Part shown: positions 58,470-64,000 of the stretch, piece by piece | How positions within the stretch are numbered: the first letter of the stretch is position 1 | How the letters are laid out: each line of letters begins with the position of its first letter | DNA from: an uncultured bacterium | GTDB taxonomy: Bacteria; JAUVQV01; CAWCAY01 | DNA length: 64,000 bases | Assembly: GCA_963793725.1 (NCBI GenBank) | Contig: CAWCAY010000004.1 | Location: 113,295 to 177,294 of the forward strand | Direction: 5' to 3' | Made by a program: the position numbers and the translations under genes | The notes under the pieces: model-generated | The model's database searches: none | The model's input: the letters and a program-made list of their open reading frames with translations, nothing else | What the model was told of the DNA's origin: nothing

Positions 58470-59922
58470 GGCCGCTTCCGGGTGAGCAGGGCCCGGAGGT
58501 ACTCCCGCCCGGTGACCGCCAGCAGGCGCAGCTCCCGCCACGAGCGCACCGCCAACAGCGCCCGGGGAATCTTCCTCCACAGGGGTATCCGCTCCCGGGC
58601 GGCCCACTCCACCGACAGCCGGCTCATCGCCTCCCACGACAGGGTGTCGAGGAAGAGGGGCGAGTTGCCGTGCGCCGCGCCGACCGAGGTCCCCCCGCGC
58701 ATCTCCCGGTCGGACCAGGAGAAGCCGGGCGAGATGATCCCTGTCTCCCGGGCGATCCGCTCGATGGCCGTGCCGGGGTAGATGCGCAGGAACGACAGCG
58801 ACGCCTGCCCGCCGATCTCCCCCATGAAGCGCACCGTCTCGCGGGCCTGCTCCTCGGTCTCACCAGGGAAGCCGATGATGTAGCCGGGATTCTTCTGGAT
58901 GCCCAGCTCGTCGCACCAGCGGGCCACGTCGCGCACCTGGTCGAGGGAGATGCGCTTGCCGCACACCCGGTCGATCGTCTCCTGGTTGCCCGACTCGACC
59001 CCGAAGAAGACCTTGAAGCAGCCGGCTCGCTTCATCAGCGCCAGCAGGTCGCGGTCGACGGTGTCGACCCGGATGGAGCAGGTGAAGTGGAGCTTCCACC
59101 CCCGGTCGATGATCCCCTGGCAGATGTCGGCGACCCTCTTCCTGGCCATGGTGAAGGTGTCGTCGTAGAACCAGAGGGTGTCGATTCCCTGGCCGACCAC
59201 CTGTTCCACCTCGGCCAGCACGTTGTCGGCGGTGCGGGCCCGCCACTTCATGCCCATCATCGTCGAGGTGGCGCAGAAGGAGCAGCCGAAGGGGCAGCCG
59301 CGACTGGTGATGGTGTGGGCCGCCGGGCGCTTGCCCACCCCCGGCACGTCTAGCGTGAAGCGGTACCTGTCCATCGGCAGGAGGTGGCGGGCGGGGAAGG
59401 GGAGGGCGTCCAGGTCGCGCACCAGCGGGGCGTCGGGGGTGGAGCGGACCGTGTCCCCGTCGCGCCAGGTGAGGCCCGGCACGCCCGCCGGGTCGCCGCT
59501 TTCCGCCAGGGCCCGGATCAGCTGCAGGATCGTCTCCTCGGCCTCCCCCCGGACGACGATGTCGGCTTCGGGCACGTGCCGGGCGGTGTCCTCGGCGGCC
59601 AGCGTGACATGCGGCCCACCCAGAATGACGACCGCGTCCGGGGCCGCCTCCCGGGCCAGCCTGGCCGTGTCGAAGGAGGAGAAGCGGAACTCGGTCAGGA
59701 CGGTGATCCCCACCAGGTCGGGCCGGAAGGCGGCCGTGCGCCGGCGCAGCTCCCTCATGGAGAGGCGCTCCGCGGCGGCGTCGATGATGGCCACCGGAAT
59801 TCCCTCCCGCTCCAGGACCGCCCCCAGGAAGGCCAGCCCGAGCGGGGGAGAGGGTCCTTGGTCGAGAAGCCGCCCGGGGGGAAGATCAACAGCACCCGCG
59901 GGCGCCCGGGGAGCCTTCTCAC
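58466..59922 (-). CDS. Cobalamin-dependent radical SAM enzyme; one apparent frameshift near 59835
   Basis: VLLIFPP...PLGLAFL, DLVGITV, VILGGPHVT, RGEAE, TSRGCPFGCSFC, FYDDTF, FGVESG. Confidence 0.9.
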
Positions 59923-61793
59923 CGCCACTCCTCGGCCCACAGGGCCAGGTGCATCAGCGGCCAGATCCGGTGGGCGTGGTCCTCGCGTCCCGACAGGTGG
60001 CCGGCCAGCAGGCGGTCGACCGTCTTCTGGTCGAACAGGCCCAGCTTTCCCAGGGAGGAGGGGGACAGGAGCTCGCGGGCCATGCCTGCCAGCGGGCCGC
60101 GCAGCCAGTTCTTCATGGGTATCGAGAATCCTTCCTTGGGGCGGTCGATCACCTCGGCGGGAAGCCGCGGCCGGACGATATCTTTCAGTATAGCCTTGCC
60201 GACCCCCCGGCGCAACTTGACGTCGCCCGGGAGGGAGAAGAGGAACTCGGCCAGCCGGTGGTCGAGCAGCGGCGCCCGCGATTCGAGCGACACGGCCATG
60301 GTCATCCGGTCGACCTTGACCATGATGTCGTCGACCAGGAAGCTCTTCAGGTCGACGTACAGCAGCCGGTTCACCGGGTCGAGATCGCGGGCCTCGTCGA
60401 ACAGGTCGGTGATATACCGCCAGGCGGCTCCCGAGGCGTACGGCCGGAGGTCGCCGGAGTAGAGCGACGCCTTGGCCGCCTCGTCCAGGTAGACCCGCCA
60501 GCGGGCGTGCCCCAGGGATGCCGGCAGGGCCACCCCTTGGGCGAACCGGCGGATGTTGTTCCAGGTCCCCTTCTTGGCTTCGCGCGGGGCGATCAGGGCA
60601 TCGACGGTCCGGGCCATCAGGCGGCGCAGCGGACGGGGGATGACGCCGAAGGGGCGGGCCAGCAGGTGGGCCCGGTAGGTCTCGTAGCCGGCCATCAACT
60701 CGTCGCCGCCGTCACCCGAGAGGGCCACGGTGACCCCCTCCCGGGCCGTCTTGGCCAGCAGGTAGGTCGGGAAGATGGAGGTGTCGGCCATCGGCTCGTC
60801 TAGGAAACGGACCAGGTGGCGGGCCAGCGAAGCGATGTCGGGGGTCAGGCGGCGCACGTGGTGGGCCAGGCCGAAGCGCCGGGCGATCAGCTCGGAGTAG
60901 GGAACCTCGTCGTAGCTCCCCTCGGCGAAGCCGATGCTGTAAGTCTGCACCGGTTCGGTGGCGTGGTCGACCATGTACGAGACGACCGTGGAGGAGTCGA
61001 GGCCGCCCGACAGGAAGGCCCCCAGCGGGACGTCGGAGATCATCCGGCAGCGCACCGCCTCGTCGATCAGGCAGTCGAGTTCCGCCTCCGGGTCGGGCGA
61101 CGGGGCCCGGCGGGCCGCCTCGGCCAGCAGGTCCCAGTACGGGCGGACGGTGACGCGCCCGTCGCGGAAGCGGAGCAGGTGCCCCGGGGGGAGTTTGCGG
61201 ATCGACCGGAAGATGCTCATCGGCCCCGGCACGTACTCGAAGGTCAGGTAGGCGTCGACCGCCTCGGGGTCGAGTTCCCGCGACACCCAACCGGAGGCGA
61301 GCAGGGCCTTGATCTCCGAGCCGAAGACGATCCGGCCGCCCAGGTCGGCGTAGTAGAGGGGTTTCTTCCCCAGCCGGTCGCGCCCCAGGACCAGGGTCCG
61401 GTTCGGGCCGTCCCAGATGGCGATGGCGAACATCCCGGCCAGCCGGCTGAAGACCTCCTCGCCCCACTCCTGGTAGCCGTGCAGCATCACCTCGGTGTCG
61501 CTGCGGGTGGCGAAGCGGTGCCCCTTCCCCTCCAGTTCGCGGCGCAACTCGGGGAAGTTGTAGATTTCGCCGTTCTGGATGCCCCAGACGGTCCCCGTCT
61601 CCTCGGTCATCGGCTGGTGGCCGCCGGCCAGGTCGATGATCGACAGGCGCCGCATGGCCATGGCCACGCCCGGTTCGATGCGGAACCCCTCGTCGTCCGG
61701 TCCCCGGTGCACCAGCGTGTCGTTCATCCGCTTGAGGACGGCGCCGGCGTCCTCCGGCAGTCCCGCTCCCGCAAATCCGCATATCCCGCACAT
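59919..61793 (-). CDS. asnB: Asparagine synthase-like glutamine amidotransferase
   Basis: MCGICG, HRGPD, RRLSIIDL, NGEIYN, RDRLGKKPLYY, FLSGGLDSS, LSGDGGDE. Confidence 0.93.
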   Translation of the reverse strand: MCGICGFAGAGLPEDAGAVLKRMNDTLVHRGPDDEGFRIEPGVAMAMRRLSIIDLAGGHQPMTEETGTVWGIQNGEIYNFPELRRELEGKGHRFATRSDTEVMLHGYQEWGEEVFSRLAGMFAIAIWDGPNRTLVLGRDRLGKKPLYYADLGGRIVFGSEIKALLASGWVSRELDPEAVDAYLTFEYVPGPMSIFRSIRKLPPGHLLRFRDGRVTVRPYWDLLAEAARRAPSPDPEAELDCLIDEAVRCRMISDVPLGAFLSGGLDSSTVVSYMVDHATEPVQTYSIGFAEGSYDEVPYSELIARRFGLAHHVRRLTPDIASLARHLVRFLDEPMADTSIFPTYLLAKTAREGVTVALSGDGGDELMAGYETYRAHLLARPFGVIPRPLRRLMARTVDALIAPREAKKGTWNNIRRFAQGVALPASLGHARWRVYLDEAAKASLYSGDLRPYASGAAWRYITDLFDEARDLDPVNRLLYVDLKSFLVDDIMVKVDRMTMAVSLESRAPLLDHRLAEFLFSLPGDVKLRRGVGKAILKDIVRPRLPAEVIDRPKEGFSIPMKNWLRGPLAGMARELLSPSSLGKLGLFDQKTVDRLLAGHLSGREDHAHRIWPLMHLALWAEEWR

Positions 61794-63028
61794 CAGGCTA
61801 TCTCCCCGGTCTGGTGGAACAGCACCACCCGCTGCAGGAAGGTGTCGAGTGAAATGAGGTCGGCCTCACGGGAGAGGGGACGATCCTCATCGGCCATGGA
61901 GACCACGGCTCCCCGTTCGGGGGCGAGTTCGGCGAAGGTCGCGCGATACTGTTTCAGGCCGTCGGCCATGGCTGTGGATGGGGTGCGGCTCAGCTTGAAC
62001 TCCACCGGCCAGAGCTTCCGATTGGCCCCCTCCACCAATAGGTCTACCTCGTTGCCCGCCGCCGTGCGGACGTAGTAGAGGCGGGGACGTATGCCCCGGG
62101 ACACGATGGCCTTGAACGCCTCGACAACGCAGAAGTTCTCGAAGAGCGCTCCGGCCATGGGCCCCTTCAGCAGATGCTCGGTGTCGTGGATGCCGGTCAG
62201 GTAGCAGACCAGGGCGCAGTCCAGAAAGTAGACCTTGGGAGCCTTGGTCACCCGCTTGCCGAGGTTGTTGTAGTAGGGAGAGAGGGGCAGGACCATCCTG
62301 CAGGCCTCAAGTATCGAGAACCAGCGGCTGATGGTATTGACCGCCACTCCCAGGTCGCGGGCGTAGGAGGAGAGGTTCAACTGCTGCCCGCACCTGGTCG
62401 CCAGGAGTTGCACGAAGCGCTCGAAGTCTCGCAGGTTGCCGATGTCGTAGATCGACCGCACGTCCCGCTCCAGGTAGGTTTGCAGGTAGGCGGCCTGCCA
62501 GTCATCCCGTCGAGCCGTGCGGCTCACCACCGGCTCGGGGAACGAGCCCGAGATGCAGGCGTGGGTGAACGCGGCGCGGGCTCCGGTCAGGGTGCCTTTC
62601 AATCCCGGCACCCGGCGTTTCTCCCCCAGACTGAACGGCATTACTTCCAGCAAAGCCACCCGTCCGGCCAGCGACTCGCTGACTCCCTTCATCAGCGCGA
62701 ACTGCTGCGAGCCGGTCAGGATGAAGCGGCCCCGGCGGTGCCGTTCGTTGTCGATGCGCACCTTGATGTGGGAGAGGAGTTCGGGAGCATACTGGATCTC
62801 GTCCACGACACCCTTTTCGCCCAGCGAATCGAGCAGGCTCTCCGGGTCGTTCCGGGCCATCTGGCGGATCTGGAGATCGTCCAGCGACCGGTAGGCATGG
62901 TCGGGCAGGATCTGGCGCAGCATGGTGGACTTGCCTGCCTGGCGCGGACCCGTGACTACCAGCCCGGGAAACTGCTTCACCAGCGACAGCAGCACCGGTT
63001 CCAGATCGCGATGGATGTAACCCTTCAT
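61793..63028 (-). CDS. AAA+ ATPase with DUF4143 C-terminal domain
   Basis: GPRQAGKST, DEIQYAP, LTGSQ, ESLAGR, YLERDV, KAPKVYFLD, GALFENF, EVDL; start probably ATG 63028; TGATG overlap with asnB. Confidence 0.9.
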   Translation of the reverse strand: MKGYIHRDLEPVLLSLVKQFPGLVVTGPRQAGKSTMLRQILPDHAYRSLDDLQIRQMARNDPESLLDSLGEKGVVDEIQYAPELLSHIKVRIDNERHRRGRFILTGSQQFALMKGVSESLAGRVALLEVMPFSLGEKRRVPGLKGTLTGARAAFTHACISGSFPEPVVSRTARRDDWQAAYLQTYLERDVRSIYDIGNLRDFERFVQLLATRCGQQLNLSSYARDLGVAVNTISRWFSILEACRMVLPLSPYYNNLGKRVTKAPKVYFLDCALVCYLTGIHDTEHLLKGPMAGALFENFCVVEAFKAIVSRGIRPRLYYVRTAAGNEVDLLVEGANRKLWPVEFKLSRTPSTAMADGLKQYRATFAELAPERGAVVSMADEDRPLSREADLISLDTFLQRVVLFHQTGEIA

Positions 63029-63139
63029 GCCCCATAGTCTACCCAATCCGACGATCTGGCGCAATAACAAATTTGCCGTATAAAAGCAAATATGTCATAT
63101 AGCACAGCCTATTACCACTATTAGTCACACATTAAGGTG

Positions 63140-64000
63140 TTATTGCTTCTTTTCCTCCAGCCGGCGCCACTTGGCATCCCGCCCTCGGGCCATGACTTCA
63201 AGGCGGCCTTCGTCACGCCAGCGGTTCATGACAACCCTTATCATCTCGCGGCTGACGTTGGGGCAGAGCCGCTCGATATCGGCGATGCCGAAGGGGCTGG
63301 TGACGTTCTCCAGGGCGTAGGCCACCAGATCAGCCTTGGAGCCACGCGCCGGACGATCACGAGCGGCCCGCTCCTCAAATTCCCGGTATGCCGACCGCAG
63401 AGTCGACAGGAGGTAGTTGAACCAGGGGAGAACGTCGTGCTTTCCTTCGTGCCACCCCGCGGAACTCCTGGCCAATACCTCGTAGTAGCTCTCCTTGGTC
63501 TGCTCCACGAGTCTCTCATGGCTTATATATCGGCCAACGCCGTACCCGTGATGATAGAAGGCAAGGAGACTGAGAAGGCGTGACACCCGCCCGTTGCCAT
63601 CCCGGAAGGGATGGATGCAGAGAAGATCCAGGATGAGACAGGCGGTCGCCAGCAGTGGGGTGACCCTCCCCTGATCCATGGCATGACGATAGACAAGGCA
63701 CAATTCGTCCATTGCAGAGGGAACCTTGTCGGGGGGCAATGTGCGGAAGCGCAGCCGGCGGCGGCCATCCGGAAAGGTCTCGATGATATCGACTGGTGTG
63801 GTTTTCCATTGGCCGGCGTCGCCGCTGGTTCCTCCCTGCGCCAAGGCGTGGAACCTCAAGCAGGTTTCCGGGGTGATGGGGATCTTCTTATGGTCCGTAT
63901 GAATCCAATGGAGCGCCCGGCGATAGCCGACAATCTCCTCCTCGGAACGGTCGCGCGGCCGGGCTTTGCCCAAGACGAGCGGCCGAAGGCGTAGGCGCTC
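63140..64000 (-). CDS. Fic-family protein, N-terminus beyond window edge
   Basis: Canonical HPFRDGNGRVSR motif; frame open to position 64000; C-terminal wHTH-like region. Confidence 0.92.
   Translation of the reverse strand, partial: ERLRLRPLVLGKARPRDRSEEEIVGYRRALHWIHTDHKKIPITPETCLRFHALAQGGTSGDAGQWKTTPVDIIETFPDGRRRLRFRTLPPDKVPSAMDELCLVYRHAMDQGRVTPLLATACLILDLLCIHPFRDGNGRVSRLLSLLAFYHHGYGVGRYISHERLVEQTKESYYEVLARSSAGWHEGKHDVLPWFNYLLSTLRSAYREFEERAARDRPARGSKADLVAYALENVTSPFGIADIERLCPNVSREMIRVVMNRWRDEGRLEVMARGRDAKWRRLEEKKQ

Overview
GC-rich bacterial chromosomal segment. The aroE-pilB-pilT-pilC-pilS-pilR order resembles Geobacter-type Deltaproteobacteria, but taxonomy cannot be fixed from this window. 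Left to right: (1) edge of a less GC-rich, island-like region with a truncated SGNH-hydrolase gene beside tRNA-Leu(UAA); (2) a Trp-periodic repeat/GAF protein, a DinG helicase and an EamA transporter; (3) a CHASE2 adenylate cyclase coupled to a giant NHL/FN3/transglutaminase-like/TPR protein and a small secreted protein; (4) a complex I operon nuoA-B-C-D-E-F-G-[stand-alone cNMP-binding protein]-H-I-J-K-M-N with no nuoL; (5) aroE and type IV pilus genes without pilA; (6) a DUF355 kinase-like gene, folC, lptD, rfbCBD, a probable 6S RNA and fbp; (7) a surface polysaccharide locus (two Gmd/Rmd-like enzymes, wzt, two coiled-coil methyltransferases, two GT4s) interrupted by a lipoprotein + three YkuD-family L,D-transpeptidase genes + SH3 gene; (8) a minus-strand tailoring operon (AsnB, B12 radical SAM, SPASM radical SAM, methyltransferase, epimerase, acyltransferase, flippase-like protein) preceded by AAA/DUF4143 and Fic genes. 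Many genes, including normally essential ones, carry apparent small indels, most densely at about 34.5-50.3 kb; these are most likely long-read consensus errors. Best leads: the cNMP-protein-containing, NuoL-less complex I operon next to an adenylate cyclase module, and two homologous covarying rod-like hairpin elements at about 40.5 and 53.9 kb. All family assignments are from motif recognition by eye; no searches were run.
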